From a virus, in the IMG/VR virus record IMGVR_UViG_3300045988_098681: a stretch of 64,000 nucleotides of DNA; one strand, written 5' to 3'. The first letter of the stretch is position 1. Every line of letters starts with the position of its first letter. The notes beneath the pieces were generated by a model, which saw nothing but the letters and a program-made list of their open reading frames with translations, searched no databases and was not told where the DNA came from. The position numbers and the translations under genes are program-made. This document shows, in pieces, positions 35,007 through 45,292 of the stretch.

Positions 35007-38000
35007 AATTAAACAAATTATTCCAACGCTTTCGTTTAATTTCCCTTACAGTGCAGATGAATGGTCTCAATCTTTACTTATAGAAAATTATCATTCACAT
35101 ACAGGATTTTCAAATACAACAATTATGGATTCTCCCGTAAGTGTGCAAGATTATGTTAATCGTATCCATGAACTTGGTGGCAAATGCTTGTTTAGTGGTG
35201 AACATGGGTCACAAGGTAATCATATCGAAGTGTATGATATTGCATCAAAGAACGGACTAAAATATGTTCACTCAACAGAAGCGTATTGGGTTAAAGATAG
35301 GCATGAACAAGATAATACAAATTGTCATATTTGCATTATTGCACTTAATGCCGAAGCAAGACAAGAATTAAATTATATTTTATCTATTGCCAATGAAGAT
35401 GGTTATTACTATAGACCACGATTAGACTTAGAGTTGATACTTGGGTTAAACCCGAAAGATTTTATCGTAACAAGTGCATGTATTGCCGGTTGGAGTTATG
35501 AAGATGCAGATGAGATTTGGTTAAAAATAGCCAAACATTTTGGTGAAAACTTTTTCTTTGAAGTGCAAAATCACAATACAACCAAGCAAAAAGAATTAAA
35601 TCAACACATTCTATCACTTGCAAAAGAACATAGTATTGATATTATATGTGGTCTTGACAGTCACTACATTTACGAAGAAGAATCTATTAAACGTGATTGT
35701 ATTGTCAAATTTAAGAAAAGCGAGAATGAAGATGAACTAGGTTGGTATATGGACTATCCAAGTGGCAAAGAAGTTTATCTTAGATTTGTGGAACAAGGTA
35801 TTCTTACCGAAGAACAAATTTTACGAGCCATGATGAACACCAATGTGTTTGTTGTTAAGTGCCAAGAAATTATTCTTGATAAACATTTTAAGATTCCTAT
35901 ATATTATAAGGGAACGACTTATGATGAGAGAGTGGGAATTTTTAAGAGTTTATTAAATGAACGATACCAAGAAGAAAAACTTAAATCGCAAGATAAAATT
36001 AAAGGCATACAATATGAAACTGAACAAGTTATTGATAGTCATGTAGTAGACTATTTCTTAACAAATTACCATATTGTTAAAGATGCTATTGAAAAAGAAG
36101 GAGGTGTTTTGACCCCTACATCTCGTGGTAGTGCTGCTTCATTCATTATAAATAAACTCTTAGGCTTTACAACAATGGATAGGTACAATTCAGAAATTCC
36201 TATCTATCCAGAACGATTCCTTACAAAAGAACGTGTTCAAGCAGGTCAAATGCCAGATATTGACCTTAATATTGCAAAACAAGAACCTTTTGTTAGGGCA
36301 TCGAGAAACATTTTAGGAGAACATGGTTGTTATCCTTTAATGGCAATCGGTTACATGAAAGAGAAGGCTGCATGGCAACTATATTCAAAAGTCAATGGAA
36401 CTGACCCACAAACAGCAAATGATATATCTAAATACATTGACAAATATAACGATGCTCTTAAATATGCAGAAGATGATGAAAAGGATTTTATCAAAGTGGA
36501 AGATTATATCCCAAGCGAGTATGTTGATTTATACAACGAAAGCAAAGAATATCAATCTATTGTTGATGGGTTAAAGTGCCATGCTTGTGGGCACTTGATA
36601 TTTGATGGAGATATTCGTAGGGAAATTGGACTTATCAGTGCTGTTTCTAAAGCATCAGGGAAAAGAACATTGGTGGCTTGTGTAGAAGGCAAATATCTTG
36701 ATGATTATGGATATGTAAAGGATGATTTTCTTATCGTAGATTCTGTTGCGTTGATGAATGAGTGCTTTGAGGAAATAGGAGAAAAAGTTCCATCTTTTGA
36801 CGAACTTAGAGAAATGGTACAAAATGATGAGCTGACATGGGGCATTTACGAAAATGGAATTACTTGTTGTGTTAATCAGCTTGAGAAAGATTCTACTGCT
36901 CAAAAAGCTATGTCTTATAAGCCAAAGAATCTTGCAGAACTTGCTGCTTTTATTGCGGGCATTCGCCCCGGATTTGCTTCATTGTTGCCAACATTTTTAA
37001 AGCGGGGATCATATTCAACTGGAGAGCCAAGAATTGATGAATTACTGGAAGATAGTTATCATTTTATGCTTTATCAAGAATCGATTATGAAAATACTATC
37101 ATTTTTAGATGTTCCAATGGGCGATAGTTATGGAGTCATAAAGAGTATAAGCAAGAAAAAACTAAAAGGAGAAAAGAAAGAAAATCTTAAAAAGCAACTT
37201 ATCCAAGCATGGAAAGAACATTTTGGTAACACAGATAAATTTGACGAAGTATGGAATGTAATTGAAGATTCTGCTCGATATAGCTTCAATGCCCCACATG
37301 CTTTAGCGATGGCAGGAGATAGTGCTTATTTAGCATGGTTCAAGGCTCATCATACATCTGTATTCTATGAAGTTGCAATTAACCACTATTTAAATAAGGG
37401 TAATAAAAAGAAAATGAATGCTTTAACTGATGAAGCTAAAGAAAAGTATGGATATAAAATTGCAACATATCAATATGGTGATGATAACACAAAAACCAAT
37501 GTCTCAGATGAAAAAAAACTTATTTATCCATCAATGAGTTTAATTAAGGGAATGCAAGCATCAGCACCTTATACACTGTTAAAAATAAAAGAGCAGAATC
37601 CTCAAGATGTAGTTGAACTAATGAAAGTGATTGGTGAAACTAAAACAATGTCAACCAAGAAAGAAGAAAAATTAAATGACTCATCATTAGCCAAACTTAT
37701 CCGTATAGGATATTTCAACCAATTTGGTACGATCAACGAGCTGTTAATCGCCAAGGAAATCTATAACACATACGGTACAAAGAAAACGCTCAAAAAACCA
37801 TGCGAGTTTGATGTTGAGGGGTGTTTTGGCAAGGAGACAGAAAAACAATACTCGCAGCTTGACAATTTAGCCCTTTGTCGCAAGATATTCACTCAACATA
37901 CTATCCCAAGCGACAACGAATATGCCCTTATCCAAAACCAAATTGAGATTATGGGATACACAATGCTCACAATACCAAACGCACCAATGAACTATTTTGC

Positions 38001-38289
38001 CCTACAAGGCGTTGAAGTGAACAAGTATGGCACACCATTCGTTAAACTTTATAGGCTCTACGATGGTGGTGTGATCGAGTGTAAGATGAATAAGAAATAC
38101 TTTGAAGAGCATCCGTTTAATAAGGACAATAGCGGCAAGTTTATGGCAGGACAAATTATGAAGTGTGCCTTTAAGAACAAAGAGAAACGTAAAAAGGTTG
38201 ATGGTAATTGGGTGCTTAGTGGCGAGTTTGAGTATGTACTTAGTGCTTATGTAGATGTGGAAGGGAAGAAGAATGATGGAATTAAATAA
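34993..38289 (+). CDS. dnaE: DNA polymerase III alpha subunit (DnaE-type, PHP domain)
   Basis: N-terminal PHP YHSHTGFS; PDIDLNI; IAGIRPGF; 1098 aa. Confidence 0.85.
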   Translation: MIGYKIKQIIPTLSFNFPYSADEWSQSLLIENYHSHTGFSNTTIMDSPVSVQDYVNRIHELGGKCLFSGEHGSQGNHIEVYDIASKNGLKYVHSTEAYWVKDRHEQDNTNCHICIIALNAEARQELNYILSIANEDGYYYRPRLDLELILGLNPKDFIVTSACIAGWSYEDADEIWLKIAKHFGENFFFEVQNHNTTKQKELNQHILSLAKEHSIDIICGLDSHYIYEEESIKRDCIVKFKKSENEDELGWYMDYPSGKEVYLRFVEQGILTEEQILRAMMNTNVFVVKCQEIILDKHFKIPIYYKGTTYDERVGIFKSLLNERYQEEKLKSQDKIKGIQYETEQVIDSHVVDYFLTNYHIVKDAIEKEGGVLTPTSRGSAASFIINKLLGFTTMDRYNSEIPIYPERFLTKERVQAGQMPDIDLNIAKQEPFVRASRNILGEHGCYPLMAIGYMKEKAAWQLYSKVNGTDPQTANDISKYIDKYNDALKYAEDDEKDFIKVEDYIPSEYVDLYNESKEYQSIVDGLKCHACGHLIFDGDIRREIGLISAVSKASGKRTLVACVEGKYLDDYGYVKDDFLIVDSVALMNECFEEIGEKVPSFDELREMVQNDELTWGIYENGITCCVNQLEKDSTAQKAMSYKPKNLAELAAFIAGIRPGFASLLPTFLKRGSYSTGEPRIDELLEDSYHFMLYQESIMKILSFLDVPMGDSYGVIKSISKKKLKGEKKENLKKQLIQAWKEHFGNTDKFDEVWNVIEDSARYSFNAPHALAMAGDSAYLAWFKAHHTSVFYEVAINHYLNKGNKKKMNALTDEAKEKYGYKIATYQYGDDNTKTNVSDEKKLIYPSMSLIKGMQASAPYTLLKIKEQNPQDVVELMKVIGETKTMSTKKEEKLNDSSLAKLIRIGYFNQFGTINELLIAKEIYNTYGTKKTLKKPCEFDVEGCFGKETEKQYSQLDNLALCRKIFTQHTIPSDNEYALIQNQIEIMGYTMLTIPNAPMNYFALQGVEVNKYGTPFVKLYRLYDGGVIECKMNKKYFEEHPFNKDNSGKFMAGQIMKCAFKNKEKRKKVDGNWVLSGEFEYVLSAYVDVEGKKNDGIK

Positions 38290-38923
38290 AATTTACAATG
38301 GAAACTGTTTCGATTTATTTGAACAATTAGAAGATAAAAGCATTGATGTTGTTTTTACTTCGCCCCCTTATAATAGAAAAAGAAATGATAAATACACTTT
38401 TTACAATGATACTTTAGTTGATTATTATTCCTTTTTAATGTACTTTATCGAAGAAAGTCGCAGGGTTGCAAAAGATAAGGTAATAGTAAATATTCAAACC
38501 AACTACTATAATCAATCAGAAGTATATCACATTATAGGCACTTACGCAGACATGATTAAGCAAATTATCATTTGGGAAAAAACTAATCCTATGCCGGCAA
38601 GTGGTTATAATATTACAAATGCGTATGAGATGTTTTTAGTAATAGGCGATAAGCCTCTTAAATCTAATACTACTTATACAAAAAATGTTATTTCAACATC
38701 GGTTAATTCTTCTATGCCAAAAGAACACAAAGCGGTAATGAAGCAAGAAGTGTCTGATTGGTTTATTGAGAAGTTTACAAGCGAAGGTAATGTTATATTA
38801 GACCCATTTATGGGAATTGGAACAACTGCTATATCTTGCAAAAAAATGAATAGAAAATATATCGGCTTCGAAATGATTAAAGAATATTGCGAGATGGCTG
38901 AAAAAAGAATAGAAAATGCTTGA
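38273..38923 (+). CDS. beta-class N4/N6 DNA methyltransferase (orphan)
   Basis: catalytic TSPPYN precedes SAM motif DPFMGIGTT (circularly permuted beta order). Confidence 0.75.
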   Translation: MMELNKIYNGNCFDLFEQLEDKSIDVVFTSPPYNRKRNDKYTFYNDTLVDYYSFLMYFIEESRRVAKDKVIVNIQTNYYNQSEVYHIIGTYADMIKQIIIWEKTNPMPASGYNITNAYEMFLVIGDKPLKSNTTYTKNVISTSVNSSMPKEHKAVMKQEVSDWFIEKFTSEGNVILDPFMGIGTTAISCKKMNRKYIGFEMIKEYCEMAEKRIENA

Positions 38924-38948
38924 CACCACCCCAAACCTATGCTATACT
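38920..38948 (+). promoter_or_regulatory. sigma-A-type promoter
   Basis: AATGCTTGACA - 17 nt - TATACT. Confidence 0.55.
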
Positions 38949-38969
38949 ACCCATATAAGGAGGTAGAAC

Positions 38970-41312
38970 ATGAAAACAAAAATTCATTGTAAAGTCGTTC
39001 GTAACGTCTTTACAGACAACGATGGTACATTCTCAATTTATGGGTGTGTGCCATCAAAAAACGATTTAGATAAAATCCACCTCAACAAGTATGGGAACTT
39101 CACACTTAAAGGCAATTTGAGTCTACTTGAAGTTGGAGAGGACTATACTGTTGAGGTAGAAGAAAAAAGTGGCTCATACGGCTATGAGTATTGGTTAGTA
39201 GGCTTTCCAGAGATAGAAGATTTTGACGTATCTAACGTTAAAGAAATCACAGATGACCAAGAAGCAGAAATGCTCAAATCTTTTATGACTCTTAGCCAAG
39301 CAAAATACGTTCACGAAGCCTATCCGAACTTTATTCGTTTAGTGCTTATGGGTGAACAAGACAAGATTGATTACAAAAATATTCACAATGTAGCCGAAAT
39401 TCGACTCAAAGGATATATTAACAAAGTCAACGAAAGGTTCAAGTATTATAAACTTCATCTTGATAATCCACAATACGAATTATCTATAGGTGATTGCTGG
39501 ACGCTTTGTTCAACATATTCGACCATACAAGAGTCAAACTTGGCACTTGCGACCAAGCCTTACGAGGTGCTTATTGATGTACTTGGCAGAGGCTTTCAAG
39601 AAGCCGACAGAATGATATGTGAGTACGATAACAAGTGGGGAGATTCCGAAGCAAGGTGCTTATACTTGACTTGTTACTTACTTGAGTGCAATGAGGAAGA
39701 TGGCAACACGAGAATCAATGGAGCGCAAATCGCTAACGTAATCAATCAATACAATCCGCAACTTAACAAGCACATAGTTGAGCTAGTGGAGAAAAGTGAT
39801 AAGGTTTACTATGATAAACAAACTAAGGACTTATCGTTAATGAAAACATACATTAGTGAGTGCAACATAGCTCAAACGATAAAGCAAAAGACTAAGAAGC
39901 CACAGGTGTGGAACATTGATATTGAAAAGTATCGAGTAAATGAAAATATCACACTTACTGATGAACAAATGGGCATTTTAGAGCTTGTATGTAACTATGA
40001 TTTTGCAATGCTTATGGGAAATAGCGGAAGCGGGAAATCAAGTTCTGTCAAAGCCCTTATCTCGCTCCTTGAGGACAATAACAAGTCTTACACCCTTCTT
40101 GCCCCAAGCGGAATTGCAGCCAAACGCCTTCGTGAAACAACAGGTCGCGAAGCAAGCACAATTCATAGACGTATCATGTCAAGCAACGATATTGAGAGCG
40201 ATGTTGTAGTTATTGATGAGGTGTCTATGGTCGATGTTCATTTGTTCTCGACTTTACTCAATCAAATTGCAAGCTATGCAAAGATTATTCTCGTGTTCGA
40301 TTCCGCTCAACTTGCCTCAATTCAATGTGGCAACTTAGTGCAAGATATGATGGATTCACACGTTGTTCCATGCGCAGAACTTACTAAGGTTTTCCGCTAT
40401 GGTATCGGTGGAATTGCAACCGTTGGTGCAGATGCTAGGAACGGAAGAGAATACTTAACAAGTGATGGAGAACTTAATTGTGAAAATGCCGAGAATATTA
40501 AAGACTACGAGTTTATAGAGGTTAATGATGAACCGCTTGAACAAGTTATGAGTGCATATGCAAAGTTAAGAGAAAAGTACGATGTAAAAGATATTCTTGT
40601 GCTTACACCATATAACAAGGGCAATTTTGGTACTTACGCAATCAACCAAGCAATTCAAGAAAAGTACAATCCTGCTGACCCTGTTGACGATGTAGTATCA
40701 AGAAAACTTCCACCATCACTAGGAGTTCCAATGAAAACCCTTAACTATCATATTGGCGATAAGGTTATTAACAAGAAAAATAACTATCATGCACTAACAG
40801 ATGAGGGGTTTGAACATTACTTGCAAGAACAAAAGTTAAGGCTCAAGATAGATGAATATAAAGTCAAGTTTGGGGCAAATGATGAAGGTGTTTTAGACCT
40901 TGAGGATACACTTAGAATGATGGAAGAACAAGAGCCACCCGAAGCCACAATATATAATGGTGATATTGGGTTCATTAAACACATTGACGATAAAGGTAAT
41001 GTATGGGTGCAATTTGATGAAGATATGATTGTGTGTCGTAAAAGCGACCTTGAAAACTTACTCCTTGCTTATGCCTGCACTAGCCATGCGAGCCAAGGTT
41101 GTGAAGCAAAGGGAGTTATTTTCTTAACCCACCCTAGTCAAAAGCGCATGTTGTCAAGGAACTTATGTTACATGTCGCTCACAAGAGCCAAAGAACACTT
41201 AATCGAGATTGGTGATATTTCAACTATCAATAATGCGCTCAAAGTCAATGAAACAAGATTGCGTTACACGTGGCTCAGGGAACTTTTGGAGGAAGATAAA
41301 GATGTTAAATGA
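38970..41312 (+). CDS. RecD-like SF1 DNA helicase
   Basis: Walker A GNSGSGKSS, Walker B VVVIDEVSM, C-terminal CTSHASQGCE. Confidence 0.8.
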   Translation: MKTKIHCKVVRNVFTDNDGTFSIYGCVPSKNDLDKIHLNKYGNFTLKGNLSLLEVGEDYTVEVEEKSGSYGYEYWLVGFPEIEDFDVSNVKEITDDQEAEMLKSFMTLSQAKYVHEAYPNFIRLVLMGEQDKIDYKNIHNVAEIRLKGYINKVNERFKYYKLHLDNPQYELSIGDCWTLCSTYSTIQESNLALATKPYEVLIDVLGRGFQEADRMICEYDNKWGDSEARCLYLTCYLLECNEEDGNTRINGAQIANVINQYNPQLNKHIVELVEKSDKVYYDKQTKDLSLMKTYISECNIAQTIKQKTKKPQVWNIDIEKYRVNENITLTDEQMGILELVCNYDFAMLMGNSGSGKSSSVKALISLLEDNNKSYTLLAPSGIAAKRLRETTGREASTIHRRIMSSNDIESDVVVIDEVSMVDVHLFSTLLNQIASYAKIILVFDSAQLASIQCGNLVQDMMDSHVVPCAELTKVFRYGIGGIATVGADARNGREYLTSDGELNCENAENIKDYEFIEVNDEPLEQVMSAYAKLREKYDVKDILVLTPYNKGNFGTYAINQAIQEKYNPADPVDDVVSRKLPPSLGVPMKTLNYHIGDKVINKKNNYHALTDEGFEHYLQEQKLRLKIDEYKVKFGANDEGVLDLEDTLRMMEEQEPPEATIYNGDIGFIKHIDDKGNVWVQFDEDMIVCRKSDLENLLLAYACTSHASQGCEAKGVIFLTHPSQKRMLSRNLCYMSLTRAKEHLIEIGDISTINNALKVNETRLRYTWLRELLEEDKDVK

Positions 41313-41901
41313 TAAGCAAAGAAAGTTCATAGAGGATAACATAAAACTCGTTTACAAGTTTTGCGCTAGGTACAACATTACTGACGAGGACGATATTAGC
41401 GACTTTGTATGCAAGTTTTGCGAGCTTGTAGAAAGTGATGCTTACGATGAAGATAGAGGTAAATTCTCTACCTTCATTTGGGCATCGCTCAACAACTACG
41501 CTCACTATCGCTATGAGGGTCAAAATGCCCTTAAACGTAACCTTGCCGAAGGTGAAAGATTCGTCTATTTAAACAAAATGATTGCTAATGGAAAAAGCGA
41601 CAAAGAGGACGAAACAGAAATACAAGAATTGGTTCAAACTCGTAATGATTACTTTGACGAGGTTGACTTAGGCATAGCGATTGAAAAAATGCGTAAGGCA
41701 GCTAGAGAACGTGATAATAGAAAAAAGTGCAAAAGGCGCATATCAAACGAAAAAATGCTCGATATTGTTCTCTACTATTACAAACACGAGAACGGCGAAA
41801 TGAATATTACAGAGGTCGCTCGTGCGCTTCATACTACAAAACAGACTGTATTTAACAATTTGCAAGAATTAAGAAAGTCGGCAAAGAGGTGTTTAGAATG
41901 A
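41302..41901 (+). CDS. phage sigma-70-family factor 1
   Basis: region 2-like FIEDNIKLVYKF...; C-terminal HTH ITEVARALHTTKQTVFNNLQELR. Confidence 0.65.
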   Translation: MLNDKQRKFIEDNIKLVYKFCARYNITDEDDISDFVCKFCELVESDAYDEDRGKFSTFIWASLNNYAHYRYEGQNALKRNLAEGERFVYLNKMIANGKSDKEDETEIQELVQTRNDYFDEVDLGIAIEKMRKAARERDNRKKCKRRISNEKMLDIVLYYYKHENGEMNITEVARALHTTKQTVFNNLQELRKSAKRCLE

Positions 41902-42443
41902 CAAGCGAACAATCAAAATTTGCAGAAGAAAATATTCGCCTCATGTATCGCTATTTCAACATGCACAACATTACAAACGAGGACGATAAAGCAGACTTGT
42001 TTGAATACTATTGTAAAGTAATTGAATGTTACGATGATAAAAAAGGAAAATTCAGCACCCTGCTCTATTTTTCCCTTGACAGATATCGTAGACATATTTA
42101 TAATTATAAGTATAATAAGTGTAGATTTTCTGATAAGCCGAGTATATCTTTAGACTCAACTTATGATGACGAAAACGATTGGCTACAAGAGCTAGTTTGT
42201 GAAAGGGACGTTGATATTGAGTTTGTGGAGTTCTTGGATATTTGTGAGCGTGTTTATGATAAACTTGCAACTAAGAAAAATAGTTACAATCGAAAACTCG
42301 AAGATAGAGAACTCTTTACAATGCTCTTGGCAGGCTACACGAGAAAGGAGATTGGCAATATGTATAATATCTCACAACAAGCATTGTCTGTGAGGATTAA
42401 CAAAATTAAAGCAATTTTTTATAAGGAAATGGAGGAATGTTGA
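41898..42443 (+). CDS. phage sigma-70-family factor 2 (paralogue)
   Basis: FAEENIRLMYRYF..., C-terminal HTH RKEIGNMYNISQQALSVRINKIK; ATGA-coupled. Confidence 0.65.
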   Translation: MTSEQSKFAEENIRLMYRYFNMHNITNEDDKADLFEYYCKVIECYDDKKGKFSTLLYFSLDRYRRHIYNYKYNKCRFSDKPSISLDSTYDDENDWLQELVCERDVDIEFVEFLDICERVYDKLATKKNSYNRKLEDRELFTMLLAGYTRKEIGNMYNISQQALSVRINKIKAIFYKEMEEC

Positions 42444-43748
42444 TGAGAGTAGAAGAATGGCTTGGCGAAGATAATAAGATTGGGTTAGATATTTGGCACA
42501 AAAAGTATCAACATGGCAATGAGACATTCGATGAATGGCTTGATAGAGTAAGTGGAGGTGATAATGACCTAAGAGAACTCATTAAAAGTAAAAAGTTCTT
42601 ATTTGGTGGCAGAGTGCTTGCGAATCGAGGTGTGCCAGATAGTGGGAATTTTTATAATTGCTTTTCTGCCGGATATGTAAAAGACGATTATGCAAGTATT
42701 ATGGACGTATTAAAAGAAGTTGGTATTACGTTCAAGTATCAAGGTGGTCAAGGAATCTCCATGTCGAAACTTCGTCCAAAAGGAACAAAAATTGGCGATA
42801 ATTATGAGTCAGATGGTATTGTTCCTTTTATTGAAATGTTCAATTCTGTCACTAAAGGTACTTCGCAAGGCGGTGCAAGAAAAGGTGCTTTGATGATTAG
42901 CTTAGACATCAATCACAAAGAAGCCGAAACATTCATCAAGCTAAAAACTGATCTTGACGCTGTAACAAAAGCGAATCTCTCTATGGAAATAGACGATGAG
43001 TTTATGACTGCGGTGCAAGAGTTCTACTATGATGGGACAATAAAAACATTACATAAGAGATACAACTACAATGGGCATGTTGTGGAATATGATATTACGC
43101 CGATTGAATTGTATAAATTGATGATGGAAGTTGTATGGGACTACGGGGAGCCGGGGTGTATCTTTGTAGACGAATTTAGGAACAACAACTTTTTAGAGCT
43201 TGATAACGAGTATCAAATAGAAACTTGCAATCCATGCGGAGAACAACCATTAAAAGCTCGTACAAGCTGCTTGCTTGGCTCATTAAACTTATACGAGTTT
43301 GTTGAAAACAAGTTTACAAGTGATGTGTATTTTAACTTTGAGGAATTTGCAAAAGCTATTAAAGTAGCCTCAAATGCACTTGATAACATCATCGAAGAAA
43401 ATGCTCCAAGGCTTCCTAAAGAACTGGAGCAATACAAACAAAACGCTTATGATTGGCGTAATATGGGGCTTGGTGTATTCAACTATGCACACATGCTCAT
43501 GGCTATGGGGCTTAAATACGGTAGCGAAGAAGCGTTGGCTTTTACTGATACGCTATTTTACACTATGATGATAGAAGCCATTATATCAAATGACGAAAGG
43601 GGCAAAGAAAAGGGTAATTATCCAAAGTTCAAAGGCGGGTTAGTACAAAAGTCCACGATGTTTAGAAACCATGCCCCCGAAGAACTTTTACAAAACGGTG
43701 CGCTACATGCTAGAAATTGCACGTTGTTATCTATCGCGCCAACTGGAT
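42443..43748 (+). CDS. nrdJ: class II (B12-dependent) ribonucleotide reductase, exon 1
   Basis: FGGRVLANRG, QGGQGIS, GGARKGA, CNPCGEQPL, ends at IAPTG; the read-through ORF stops at 43759. Confidence 0.8.
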
Positions 43749-44051
43749 TAACACAATAGGTTCAGTATAAACTATTTTAATTGCTGGAAACCCCTTAGAG
43801 CTACTTAAACTACAACGTAGGTATGAAATAAAACCAAGCGTGAATGTCTGAAAATTAAGTAGATTGGGCAATCAGCAGCTAAGACTCGAATAGAGTAAAG
43901 TTCAACGACTATCCCGCAAGGGAGTACACAATAAGCAAGAAATGATTGTGGAAAAGGATAGATACTATTTATAGTATAAGATATAGTCTATTCTTATAGG
44001 AAACTATAAGCAGTTATATAACGGCAAATGTCTTGCGAACATTTGTGAATG
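43749..44051 (+). mobile_element. ORF-less group I-like intron in nrdJ (3' boundary uncertain, 44051-44057)
   Basis: ~300 nt with stops in all frames between two halves of one conserved gene; P1 ACUGGAU(43742-48)/GUUCAGU(43760-66) with terminal U.G; GNRA-capped hairpin UCCC-GCAA-GGGA at 43912-43923. Confidence 0.65.
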
Positions 44052-45067
44052 TAAAAACTATTGCAACGATGGTAAATGGCGCAGGAGGGGTTGAGCCTGA
44101 GTTTGCCTTATCCTACACTCGTAGAACAGACAATTTAGATGAATCCTACAAGATTGAGTCAAACATCGTAAAAGAATATCGTATAATCACAGGCAACACA
44201 GGCGAGCTACCAGACTATTTTGTATCAAGCGCAGACATCCATTGGAGAGACAGAGTAAAAACGCAATCTGTCATTCAAAAACATATTGATACAGCAATTA
44301 GCTCAACTGTCAACTTACCAAAGGAAACTACCAAAGAAGAAATCGAGGAACTATACTTATACGCTTGGATTTGTGGGTTAAAAGGAATTACAATCTTTAG
44401 AGATGGGTGCAAAAGACTTGGCATTCTCACAACACAAGAAGATGAAGCTACGCAAAGTGAAAAGCCTAAATCAGAACTCACTCGTGGAACCATTCTTTCT
44501 GTTTCCGACGACTTGATTGGCGCAAAAAGAAAATTGAATACAGGCTGTGGGTCTTTGCATTTTGAGGTATATTTTGATGAAGTGACAGGCGAACCACTTG
44601 AAACCTTTGTAAACGTAGGCTCTAGTGGTGGATGTGAGAAAAACTTACAATTCATTTCTCGACTCATCTCACTTGCCCTTAGAGCAGGTGTATCAATCGA
44701 GGATATTATCGACCAATGCAAGTCAATTAAACCTTGCCCTGCATATGTATCTAGGACTAATAAAAAACACGATACAAGCAAGGGATCAAGTTGTCCTAGT
44801 GCCATTGGATATGCGTTAGAGGATTTGTATGACAAAATCAAAGAACGATGCTTTGCGGATTTTGATTTAGAAGATGGTTATGTTGAACCATTGACAATCA
44901 GTTCACCTGCAATCAAAGAATCAGATAAGGTTGTAAAAACAGGTGCAGATGGTCAAATGATTATTAAAAACTCTGATTGTATATGTCCTGAATGTGGAGA
45001 ACCTTTAGTATTTGAGGGTGGTTGTAACCAATGCAAGGCTTGTGGTTTGTATAGTAATTGCGATTAA
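44052..45067 (+). CDS. nrdJ: class II ribonucleotide reductase, exon 2
   Basis: resumes (S/T)IATMVNGAGGVEPEF; TVNLP; ITIFRDGC; C-terminal CPECG...CNQCKACG Zn finger. Confidence 0.8.
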
Positions 45068-45076
45068 GGAGGTCAT

Positions 45077-45292
45077 ATGAAAGACGACACAAAACAAATA
45101 AATCTAAACATTGGAAGTGTAATACAAATTGTGTTTATAATCCTTAAATTAACCAATTTAATTCATTGGTCTTGGCTTTGGGTGCTGTCACCACTTTGGA
45201 TATCTGCAATTATTACACTACTTGTGTATACTATATCAGCTTGCATTATCAAGGAGAAAAAGAAATATGAGAGTAACGAACATTCAAATTAA
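45077..45292 (+). CDS. small membrane protein
   Basis: AAGGAGGT RBS; two TM spans. Confidence 0.55.
   Translation: MKDDTKQINLNIGSVIQIVFIILKLTNLIHWSWLWVLSPLWISAIITLLVYTISACIIKEKKKYESNEHSN

Noticed and set aside
43760-44032. tRNA or small protein gene in the nrdJ gap
   Set aside because: No cloverleaf-compatible acceptor or anticodon arms were seen by eye, and there is no RBS or ORF. The flanking exon continuity and the P1 pairing fit an intron better.
44275-44841. 188-aa minus-strand ORF
   Set aside because: It lies entirely antisense to nrdJ exon 2, whose conserved motifs fix the coding strand.
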